This document shows positions 8,707 through 20,381 of a stretch of 53,715 bases of DNA, one piece after another (the first letter of the stretch is position 1; each line of letters starts with the position of its first letter). The notes below the pieces were generated by a model. The model did no database searches. It was not told where the DNA came from and saw nothing but the letters and a program-made list of their open reading frames with translations. The position numbers were made by a program, and so were the translations under genes. This DNA comes from Thermoanaerobaculia bacterium (lineage in GTDB: Bacteria; Acidobacteriota; Thermoanaerobaculia; Multivoradales; UBA5704): contig DASXJP010000663.1 in the NCBI GenBank assembly GCA_036497345.1, forward strand, positions 1 through 53,715, in the 5' to 3' direction.

Positions 8707-10545
8707 TCATTCGTCCGGCGGGACGATCAGCACCGACACCTCCGAGTCCGCCAGGATCTGCAGCGTGACGTCGTAGCGCAGGGAGCGCTCGCCCGGGCGG
8801 CGGACGTGGCGGCCGAGGACGATGAGGTCATAACCCCCTTCCCGGGCCTCGGCCAGGATGCCCTGCATGGCGGTGCGCGCCGGACGGACGGCGGAGCGGC
8901 TGGGCACCTCCAGCGCCCGCAGGGTGGCGAGGCCGGCGTTCAGGTGGGCGCTGACCCAGGGGGCGGCGGTGGCCCCCTCCCGGAGCACGTGGAGCAGGGT
9001 CACCTCGGCCCCGAGCCGCCGCGCGAGCCACCCTCCCACCCGCACGTCCGCCTTGCCCGGCTCGCCCACGGCCGTGCAGATGAGAATGCGCCGGAAGGTC
9101 TCCGGCCTCCCCTGCGACACCAGAAGGGGCGCCGGCAGGCTCTCCAGCAGGCCCATCAGGATCTCGACGCGCCCGCCTTCCGGGAATTGCAAGAGGGTGA
9201 AGTCGTAGAGGCTCTGCCGCTGCTCGGCGGTGATCTCGGCGGCCGTATCGCCCCGCCGCACCACCGGCTCGGCGTCGGGCACGCCTCCCGCCACGGCCTC
9301 CTCGGTCAGCTTCGCGCGCAGCGGCTCGACGCCGTCCGTGTCGCCGGTCACCCCGAGCAGGCAGACCTTGGCGTTGAGCGGTCCTTCGAGGGCCTGGACG
9401 AGCGGGAAGGGCGCCGGGCTCCCCTCGTCCGGCAGGTCGCAGACCAGGAGCCGCGGCTGGGGCGGCGCCAGGATGTGCCAGCCGCGCAGGCTCACCCAGA
9501 CCTCCGGCCCGTCCAGGTCCACCTCGGCGGGGAGGACGGCGTCGATCAGCAGCCCCTCCTCGCCATAGACCGAGGGGGCCACCTGCCGGGTGCCGGGGAT
9601 CGCAGGCATCCGCACCCGCACCCGCCGCAACGCGCCGAGGAAGCTCTGCTCGACGATCGTCCCCTGGCCCAGCAGACGCACCCCGCGCTCGGGAGGGCCG
9701 GCCGAGAGCTCCACCTGCTCGGGCCGGATCAGCACCCGCACCCGGGCGTCCTCCTCGTGCTCGACCTCGGGAGGGATGGGGAGCGCGAGCGGGCCGATCT
9801 GCGCCGCGCCGTCGCGCGCCCGGCCCACCAGCACGGTGCCGGCGCCCAGGAAGGTGGCGCCGAAGAGGGTGCGCGGCCGGGCGTAGAGAGCCTCGGGCTC
9901 GCCCACCTCCAGCAGCTCGCCGCGCTCCATGAGGCCGATGCGGTCGGCCAGCTCGAAGGCCTCCTCCTGGTCGTGGGTGACCAGGATGGCGGTGACGCCG
10001 AGCTGTTGCTGGATCTCCCGCAGGTTACGCCGGAGCTGCGAGCGGATCTTGACGTCGAGCGCCCCGAACGGCTCGTCGAGCAGCAGCACCGAAGGCTCGT
10101 GGACCAGGGCGCGGGCGAGCGCCACCCGCTGCTGCTGGCCTCCCGAGAGCTGGTGGGCGTAGCGGTTGCCGAAGCCGCCCAGGCCCACGCGGTCGAGCAG
10201 CTCCTCGCGTTTCCGGGCCCGCTCGGCCGGCGGCACCTTGCGGATCTTGAGGGGAAACTCGATGTTCTCTCCCACGCTCATGTGGCGGAAGATCGAGTAG
10301 TTCTGGAAGACGAAGCCGATCCCCCGCTTCTGGGGGGGCAGGCGGGTTACGTCCCGGTCGTGGAGCCAGATGCGTCCCCCGTCGGGCGCCGTGAGCCCGG
10401 CTACCATGCGCAGGATGGTGCTCTTGCCGCTGCCGCTGGCGCCCAGGAGGACGAACAGCTCGCCGTCCCGCACCTCCAGCGAGGTGGGCTTGACCACCGG
10501 CTGGCCGCCGAAGCTCTTCATCAGCCCTTCGAGGCGGATCGACAT
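8707..10545 (-). CDS. cysA: Sulfate/thiosulfate ABC transporter ATPase (CysA-like) fused to two universal-stress-protein (USP) domains
   Basis: Walker [10 protein letters not shown], signature LSGGQQQR, Walker [12 protein letters not shown] and a TOBE-like middle region. The C-terminal ~250 aa has two USP-like units (e.g. [11 protein letters not shown]...TLLHVL...YDLIVLGRH...SVLIVPP). Confidence 0.85.
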   Translation of the reverse strand: MSIRLEGLMKSFGGQPVVKPTSLEVRDGELFVLLGASGSGKSTILRMVAGLTAPDGGRIWLHDRDVTRLPPQKRGIGFVFQNYSIFRHMSVGENIEFPLKIRKVPPAERARKREELLDRVGLGGFGNRYAHQLSGGQQQRVALARALVHEPSVLLLDEPFGALDVKIRSQLRRNLREIQQQLGVTAILVTHDQEEAFELADRIGLMERGELLEVGEPEALYARPRTLFGATFLGAGTVLVGRARDGAAQIGPLALPIPPEVEHEEDARVRVLIRPEQVELSAGPPERGVRLLGQGTIVEQSFLGALRRVRVRMPAIPGTRQVAPSVYGEEGLLIDAVLPAEVDLDGPEVWVSLRGWHILAPPQPRLLVCDLPDEGSPAPFPLVQALEGPLNAKVCLLGVTGDTDGVEPLRAKLTEEAVAGGVPDAEPVVRRGDTAAEITAEQRQSLYDFTLLQFPEGGRVEILMGLLESLPAPLLVSQGRPETFRRILICTAVGEPGKADVRVGGWLARRLGAEVTLLHVLREGATAAPWVSAHLNAGLATLRALEVPSRSAVRPARTAMQGILAEAREGGYDLIVLGRHVRRPGERSLRYDVTLQILADSEVSVLIVPPDE

Positions 10546-11361
10546 CTACTTCTTCGGCCCCCCGGAGTAGCGCAGCAGGAAGAAGAAGATGGCGAAGGAG
10601 AGCGCCGCCAGCACCGCCGCCACCGCGTTGGCCTCGGCCACGTGCCCCGCCTCGAACTGGGCGAAGATGTAGAGCGGTGCCGTCTGGGTGCGCAGCCGGA
10701 GGTTGCCGGAGACCATCACCGTGGCCCCGAACTCCCCCAGCGAGTGGGCGAAGGTGAGGAGGGTGCCGCTGAACAGGCCCCCCCGCAGCGCCGGCAGGAT
10801 CACGTAGCGGAAGGTCTGCCACTTGCCGGCGCCCAGCGTATAGGCCGCCTCCTCGTAGGTCACCTCCAGCTCGTCGAGCAGCGGCTTGACCGCCCCCAGC
10901 ATGTAGGGGAAGGTGACGAAGAGGTGGGCCAGGAGCACCCCCACGGGCGTGAACATCGGCTGCAACCCCAGCGGCTCCAGCAGCTTGCCGAAGAGGCCGA
11001 GCGGCCCCCAGAGCAGCAGCAGGGAGGTGCCCACGACCACGGTGGGGATCGCCACCGGCAGGTTGATCGCGATCGTCAGCGGCCGCTCGCCGGGGAAGCG
11101 GTGCTTGGAGAGCACGTAGGCCGCCCAGGTGCCGAGCACGGCGTTGATCGCCGCGGTGAGGAAGGCGATCAGCAGGCTGAAGCGGAGGGCGAACTGGGCG
11201 TCCTCATTGGTGAGCGCCTTCCAGAACGCCGCCGGCCCGCCTTTGAGGGCGAAGACGAAGACGGCCGCGATCGGCATCAGGATCAGCGGCAACAGGACGA
11301 GCACCAGCAGGCCGACCGGGACGCGGGCGCGCGGGCGCTGCCCCGGGGCGTTGCCGGTCAC
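10546..11361 (-). CDS. Sulfate ABC transporter permease (CysT/CysW family)
   Basis: Six-TM permease with EAA-like loop EEAAYTLGAGKWQTFRYVILP and FGATVMVSGN, typical of CysT/W. It abuts cysA. Confidence 0.85.
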   Translation of the reverse strand: MTGNAPGQRPRARVPVGLLVLVLLPLILMPIAAVFVFALKGGPAAFWKALTNEDAQFALRFSLLIAFLTAAINAVLGTWAAYVLSKHRFPGERPLTIAINLPVAIPTVVVGTSLLLLWGPLGLFGKLLEPLGLQPMFTPVGVLLAHLFVTFPYMLGAVKPLLDELEVTYEEAAYTLGAGKWQTFRYVILPALRGGLFSGTLLTFAHSLGEFGATVMVSGNLRLRTQTAPLYIFAQFEAGHVAEANAVAAVLAALSFAIFFFLLRYSGGPKK

Positions 11362-12410
11362 TTGCCGACCTCCCTCATCACCCGGTCCTTCCAGATCCCG
11401 TCCACGATCTCCTTCTTGACCCGGTCCCAGCCGCCGAAATCGCGGACGAGGAACGGGTCGCGGATCGTCCCGAAGTGGGGGTTCGCCCCGTTCAGCCGCT
11501 CGTCCACGCTGCGGAAGCCCCGCTGCACGAACAGCGCCTGCGCCGGCTCGCTCCAGAGGAAGGTGACCAGGGCGTCGATCAGGGGGCGCTCGGAAGGGGC
11601 GACGTTCTTGTCCACCACGACCAGCGTGTGCTCCGAGAGCACGGTGCTGGGAGGATAGACGATCTCCCCCGGTAGAGTGCCCCTCGCCGCGTCGCCGAGG
11701 ACGTCCTGCTCGTAGGTGACCAGCACGTCGCCGAAGCCGTTCTCGAACTGGGTGCGGGCGGCGCGCGCCGAGGCCGCCTGGGCGGCCACGTGGCGCCAGA
11801 CCCCGAGCAGGGCCGCCGTCCCGGCCTCCCGCTCGCGGCCCGGGGACCGCCGGGCGGCCGCGCCGTATTCGGCGAGGATCGCCCAGTTGGCGCCTCCCGA
11901 GGTCAGCGGGTCGGGGTGGACCACCTTCACCCCGGGCCGGGCGAGGTCGGCGAAGTCGTGGATCCCCAGAGGGTTCCCCTTGCGGACCACGAGCACGAAC
12001 GGCGTGCGGTTGACCACGCCGCCGTGCGGGAGCCGCCGCCAGGAGCCCGGGGTGACGACCCCCGCCTTGGCCAGCCGTCCGGCGTCGAGCTCCAGGGCGA
12101 GCAACGCCACCTGGGCCGGCACCCCGAGGGTGATCTGGTTGGTGATCGTGCCCGAGCCGGCGAAGGAGGTGATGAATTCGACGTGCTCGCCGGTCCGCGC
12201 CTGCCAGCGGCGGGCGAATTCGGGGAGCACGTCGCCGTTCATCGCCTCGCCGAGGATGCTGAAACCGTAGAAGACCACCGTGCGGGGGCGCGCCTCCCGC
12301 CCGGGCCTGGGGAGCCAGGGCCAGAGGGCGTAGAGCAGCAGGGCGGCGCCGCCGGCGAGGGCGAGCGCTCCCTGGAGGCGGTCGGCGAGGCGCTCGGGAT
12401 CGCGCGTCAT
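11358..12410 (-). CDS. sbp: Sulfate-binding protein (Sbp/CysP family), N-terminally anchored
   Basis: ATG 12410 gives MTRDPERL...ALALAGGAALLLYALW. Motifs GSGTITNQI, VHPDPLTSGGANWA and VLVTYEQDV. 4-nt overlap with the permease gene. Confidence 0.8.
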   Translation of the reverse strand: MTRDPERLADRLQGALALAGGAALLLYALWPWLPRPGREARPRTVVFYGFSILGEAMNGDVLPEFARRWQARTGEHVEFITSFAGSGTITNQITLGVPAQVALLALELDAGRLAKAGVVTPGSWRRLPHGGVVNRTPFVLVVRKGNPLGIHDFADLARPGVKVVHPDPLTSGGANWAILAEYGAAARRSPGREREAGTAALLGVWRHVAAQAASARAARTQFENGFGDVLVTYEQDVLGDAARGTLPGEIVYPPSTVLSEHTLVVVDKNVAPSERPLIDALVTFLWSEPAQALFVQRGFRSVDERLNGANPHFGTIRDPFLVRDFGGWDRVKKEIVDGIWKDRVMREVGK

Positions 12411-12610
12411 CGCGGGCAAGAGTACCCTGGAGAGCGGGTTTCCTTGAAACGCCAGGGCCCTTTGATTACACTCCCTGCGGGGATTCGAAAGCCAGGGTAG
12501 CGGGGATCCGCCGGAGGCCCGGGATCGGTCGATGGAACGCCTCGCCATCCAGGGCTCACCCGGCGTGTCCCCGATGCGCTAAAATTCGGGGATTCTTCCG
12601 GGAGAGCGCC

Positions 12611-12991
12611 GTGCAGCCAACGAAAGTGCTCGTCGTCGACGACTCGAAGCTGATGCACAAGATGTACGAGGTGATGTTGCGCCAGTACGCGCAGGTCTAC
12701 GCGCTCGACGGCCGTCAGGCTCTCGAGCGGCTGCGGGACCACCCTGACGTCGACCTCGTGCTGCTGGACATCAACATGCCCAACATGAACGGGTTGGAAT
12801 TCCTCGCGGAGATGCGCGCGGCCGGCGCGCGGCCGGACGTGAAGGTGATCATCATCAGCACCGAGGGGCGCGAGGAGGACACCGCCCGCGGCCTGGAGGC
12901 CGGGGCCGACGCTTACATCAAGAAGCCGTTCCACAGCGAGGAGATCCTCGAAGTGATCCAGCGCCTGGAGGCGAAGGGCTCCGCCGCTTGA
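12611..12991 (+). CDS. Single-domain CheY-like response regulator
   Basis: VLVVDDS, phospho-acceptor context LVLLDINMP, IISTEG and KKPF. GTG start. Confidence 0.9.
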   Translation: MQPTKVLVVDDSKLMHKMYEVMLRQYAQVYALDGRQALERLRDHPDVDLVLLDINMPNMNGLEFLAEMRAAGARPDVKVIIISTEGREEDTARGLEAGADAYIKKPFHSEEILEVIQRLEAKGSAA

Positions 12992-13773
12992 ACGAGAGGA
13001 GCGCCACCGACAGCCCGAAGTCGCGGCTGGAGTCGCCGGCCGTGGGGCTCGACCTCGTCAGCGAGCTGCGCGCGACGCTGGAGCGCGCGGGCGAGCTGGT
13101 GCGCGTGGTCGAGACGAATCTGCGTGGCGCCTCCGAGGGGAGCGAGGGGGCGAGCGCGGACGAGCGCATCGCCGAGCTCGAGCGCCGGCTGGCCACCGCC
13201 GAGTCGGACGTCAAGGAGCTGGCCTCCCGGCTGGTCGACTCCGAGCACCAGGGCGGCCGGCTGATGAACCTCTACGTCGCCACCTACCAGCTCCACGCCA
13301 CGCTCGATCCGGCCGAGGTGCAGGCGACGATCGCCGAGATCGCCATCAACCTCCTGGGCGCCCACCAGTTCGTGCTGCTGCTGCGCCGCGACGAGGAGGG
13401 GGAGGGGTACGAGATCGCCCTGTTGGAGGGGATGTACGACGGCGTCCTGCCGCTCTACGACGGCGAGACCTATCGAGGGGGCGACCCGATGGTCGACCAG
13501 ACGCTGAAGGACGGCGTGCTGCGTCTGGGCCCCACGGGGGAGTCGCAGGCGCTCGCGGCGGTGCCGCTGCGGGTGCAGAACGACATCGTGGGCGCGCTGG
13601 TGGTGCTGAAGCTGCTCGACCACAAGCCGATCCTGCGAGCCGAGGACCGCGACCTGCTCGACCTCCTCTCCGCCCACGCCGCCTCGGCCATGTTCGCCGC
13701 GCGGCTCTTCGCCACCAAGGACCGCAAGCTCCGCACGCTGGAGAGCCTGGTCAAGCTGGCGCGCGGAGAGTAG
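12988..13773 (+). CDS. Coiled-coil plus GAF-like domain protein
   Basis: The TTG start overlaps the CheY stop (TTGA). The N-terminal heptad region is followed by a GAF-like core (IAEIAINLLGAHQFVLLL...AVPLRVQNDIVGALVVLKLL...DRDLLDLLSAHAASAM). Confidence 0.65.
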   Translation: MNERSATDSPKSRLESPAVGLDLVSELRATLERAGELVRVVETNLRGASEGSEGASADERIAELERRLATAESDVKELASRLVDSEHQGGRLMNLYVATYQLHATLDPAEVQATIAEIAINLLGAHQFVLLLRRDEEGEGYEIALLEGMYDGVLPLYDGETYRGGDPMVDQTLKDGVLRLGPTGESQALAAVPLRVQNDIVGALVVLKLLDHKPILRAEDRDLLDLLSAHAASAMFAARLFATKDRKLRTLESLVKLARGE

Positions 13774-13774
13774 C

Positions 13775-15328
13775 GTGGGGATCTCCGGCAGCCTCAAGGA
13801 CGTCTCCGTCGCCGACGTGATGCAGTTCATCCACCTCGGCCGGCGGACGGGCACGCTCCTGCTCACCCGCGGCAATCAGAAGGCGATGATCGGCTTCCAC
13901 GGCGGCCGGCTGGTCTCGGCCCAGGCGCCGCGCACCCCCAAGCTGGGCGACCTGCTGATCTCCTCGGGGATGATCGACCGCGGCATCCTCGACAACGCCA
14001 TCCGCGCCCAGAACGAGGAGGTCGAGCGGCGCTCGCTGGGGCAGATCCTGGTCACCTCGGGCTCGATCGACGCCCAGGGGCTGCGCCAGGTGATCGCCGA
14101 GCAGATCGAGCAGGCGGTCTCCGAGGTGATGGTCTGGGACACCGGGACCTTCGAGTTCGCCATCGACGATCTGCGGCCGATCGACGACATCGCGCTCTAC
14201 CCGAGCGACGTGCTGCCGGACGCCGACATCAACACCCAGATGGTGCTGCTGGAGGCGGCGCGGATCTTCGACGAGCGCAACCGCGACGGCGCCGCGCCCG
14301 AGGCGCACCACGGCTCCTCCGAGGACGGGGACTCGACCCATCCGGCGCTGCTCGACACAGGGCCCGTCGCGCGCCCGGTGCTCCCGGCGGCCGAGCCGGA
14401 GCCCGAGGCGATCGCCCCGGCGCACGCGGCCGAGCGCCTGCGGCTGCAGATCGTCTCCGTGGACGTGCCGTTCGCCGAGAGCCTGGCCGACGCCCTGCAG
14501 CACGAGGTGGCGGGGACGGAGCTGGTCTCTCTGGAGGATGCCGGCAATCCCGAGCCCGGCGAGCCGCCGCCGATCGTAGTGATCGACCTGCGGCGGCGCA
14601 GCGTCGACCTGGAGGCGGCGGCGGCGGTGCGGCGCGCCCATTCCCGCGCCTCGTTCGTGGCCCTGGTCGACCCCGGCACGCCGTTCGCCCGCGTCTACGA
14701 GGCGGGGATGCTGGCGGCCCTGCCGGCCGAGGTGGAGGCGGTGGTCGCCTGCGTCGAGAACGTCATCGAGAGCCGGCGCGACCTGGTGCGCGGCGCGCCG
14801 CGGCCGGACATGAGGTCCGGGGTCGCCCGCCTGCGCCGGGTGTTCGGCGACCTGCGCTCGGGGCTGATCTCGGCCACCGTGGCGCTCAACCTGATGCACA
14901 TCATCTCGGAATCGGTGGAGCGGGCGGTGCTCTTCCTCGTCAAGCGCGACCACTTGGTGGCGCTGGGCGCCTTCGGCAGCGATTCCGCCGGCCGGCCGCT
15001 CGCCGAGGTGACGCGCGGCCTCAAGGTCCCGCTCAACCTCGGCAGCAGCCTCGCCCACAGCCTGGACACCGGCGAGGTGCAGAGCGTCGATTTCGACGAG
15101 GCGGAGCTCCCCGAGCCCTTCCGCTCCATGGTCGGTCCCCCGCGCAACGGCCAGGCGGTGATCTTCCCCGTGCTCGGCTCGCAGCGGGTGATCTCCGTCA
15201 TCTACACGGACAACGGCGACAACGAGAAGCCGATCGAGGACATCGACATCCTGGAGCTGGCCACGGCCCAGGTCGGCATGGCCTTCGAGAACGAGCTGCT
15301 GCGCCGTCAGATCTCGCAGGGCAAGTAG
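13775..15328 (+). CDS. DUF4388 (PATAN-like) - degenerate receiver-like - GAF-like protein
   Basis: GTG starts 1 nt after the preceding stop. N-terminus GSLKDVSVADVMQFIHLGRRTGTLLLTRGNQKAMIGFHGGRLVSA is the DUF4388 signature. The middle has IVVIDL. The C-terminal GAF-like block is VERAVLFLVKRDHLVALGAFG...VISVIYTDN. Confidence 0.75.
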   Translation: MGISGSLKDVSVADVMQFIHLGRRTGTLLLTRGNQKAMIGFHGGRLVSAQAPRTPKLGDLLISSGMIDRGILDNAIRAQNEEVERRSLGQILVTSGSIDAQGLRQVIAEQIEQAVSEVMVWDTGTFEFAIDDLRPIDDIALYPSDVLPDADINTQMVLLEAARIFDERNRDGAAPEAHHGSSEDGDSTHPALLDTGPVARPVLPAAEPEPEAIAPAHAAERLRLQIVSVDVPFAESLADALQHEVAGTELVSLEDAGNPEPGEPPPIVVIDLRRRSVDLEAAAAVRRAHSRASFVALVDPGTPFARVYEAGMLAALPAEVEAVVACVENVIESRRDLVRGAPRPDMRSGVARLRRVFGDLRSGLISATVALNLMHIISESVERAVLFLVKRDHLVALGAFGSDSAGRPLAEVTRGLKVPLNLGSSLAHSLDTGEVQSVDFDEAELPEPFRSMVGPPRNGQAVIFPVLGSQRVISVIYTDNGDNEKPIEDIDILELATAQVGMAFENELLRRQISQGK

Positions 15329-15331
15329 GGT

Positions 15332-16018
15332 CTACTGCTGGATTCCGGCGTAGGGCTGGGCCGTATAGCCGGGAGGCGGGTCGTAGGCGCCCGCCGGGGC
15401 GTCCTTGGTCTCGATCCCGACCAGCTCCTCGCGGGTCTTGAAGTGGCTGGTGCCCATGGTGACGTCCGCCTCCTGGAGCACGGGGAACCCTTCGATCTGG
15501 CCGAGCTTCTGGGCCCAGTCCGCCGAGCCCGGCTGGAGGGCGGCGATGCTGGCGGCCAGGCGGGTGAGGGCCTGGTGGGAGGCGACGTCCGGGCTCGCCC
15601 AGACCGTGGTGTCCAGGTGCAGGCCCGCCGGATTGGTGATGTCCACCCTGTATTTGCGGGCGCTCCAGCTCCCGATCTTCTTCGTCTCCCCCGTCGCCGT
15701 CACCTGGGCCTTCACCTGCATCTCCGGCGGAGCGCCGACCTTCCGGGCGTCGACGGGGAGGGGGAGCTCGCTGTAGGTCTTGTCCGCGTGGTTGACCACG
15801 TAGAGCTTGCCGCGGTCGAGCCGGAGGATGTAGCTGGTCTCCCCCTCGTCGCGCCGCAGCCGGTCTCCTTTCTCGCCGCCGATCCAGATACGGATCGGCT
15901 CGCTTTGCGACGGCGCGATCTTGAGCCCCTCGATGGAGCTGCGCACGGTCAGCAGCGTGTCGGCCAGGGCGGGAGCGGCGGTCAGGAGCAGCAAGGCGAA
16001 AACGGCGCGTCTGGGCAT
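15332..16018 (-). CDS. Secreted hypothetical protein
   Basis: ATG 16018. Signal peptide MPRRAVFALLLLTAAPALA and coding-like composition. Same strand as the efflux locus, 35 nt downstream of it. No family assigned. Confidence 0.6.
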   Translation of the reverse strand: MPRRAVFALLLLTAAPALADTLLTVRSSIEGLKIAPSQSEPIRIWIGGEKGDRLRRDEGETSYILRLDRGKLYVVNHADKTYSELPLPVDARKVGAPPEMQVKAQVTATGETKKIGSWSARKYRVDITNPAGLHLDTTVWASPDVASHQALTRLAASIAALQPGSADWAQKLGQIEGFPVLQEADVTMGTSHFKTREELVGIETKDAPAGAYDPPPGYTAQPYAGIQQ

Positions 16019-16053
16019 ACGGCGATCCTCGGAAGCGAATTGAGACAGGTAGC

Positions 16054-16518
16054 TTAGCGGTCGCTCCGCGGCTTCGCAAGGCGCACGTAGAGGAGCTTCT
16101 CGACCTCGGCGATCACCTCGCCGGCGTCGTCCAGGACCTCCACCCTGAAGGTGGGCTCGACCTTCCTCCCCGCGTCCGCGGCGGCGCGGATCTCCTCGAT
16201 CTCGACGAGCGGGATGTGGAAGGTGGCGTGGACGGTCCCCCGGCCGGGGCGGAGGAAGCGGATGGTGGCCGCCTTGTCCCAGACCACGTACCCCCGCCCC
16301 AGCGCGTCGGCCAGGATCAGCATGAAAAAGGGATCGCACATCGAGTAGAGCGAGCCGCCGAACTGGGTGCCCACGTAGTTGCGGGTCCACCGGCGGAGCT
16401 TCATCCGCACCGTGAACGTACGCAGGTCGGGGGAGGCTTTGACGCGGATGCCCGCGCCCAGGTAGGGCGGATAGAGGCTGAGCAGCCGCATCATCCAACG
16501 CCGCCGGGAGGAGGCCAT
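16054..16518 (-). CDS. DUF4442-like hot-dog/thioesterase-fold protein
   Basis: ATG 16518. LYPPYLGAGIRV...NYVGTQFGGSLYSMCDPFFMLIL...YVVWDKAATIRFLRPGRG matches my recollection of DUF4442 (YiiD C-terminal type). It starts 8 nt after the preceding stop. Confidence 0.6.
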   Translation of the reverse strand: MASSRRRWMMRLLSLYPPYLGAGIRVKASPDLRTFTVRMKLRRWTRNYVGTQFGGSLYSMCDPFFMLILADALGRGYVVWDKAATIRFLRPGRGTVHATFHIPLVEIEEIRAAADAGRKVEPTFRVEVLDDAGEVIAEVEKLLYVRLAKPRSDR

Positions 16519-16526
16519 GGGCGGGA

Positions 16527-20377
<3,851 letters not shown>

Positions 20378-20381
<4 letters not shown>

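Noticed and set aside
8806-11658. 950-aa plus-strand ORF
   Set aside because: It is antisense to the cysA/permease/sbp genes, with R/G/P/H/E-rich low-complexity translation and no motifs. It is a typical high-GC shadow ORF.
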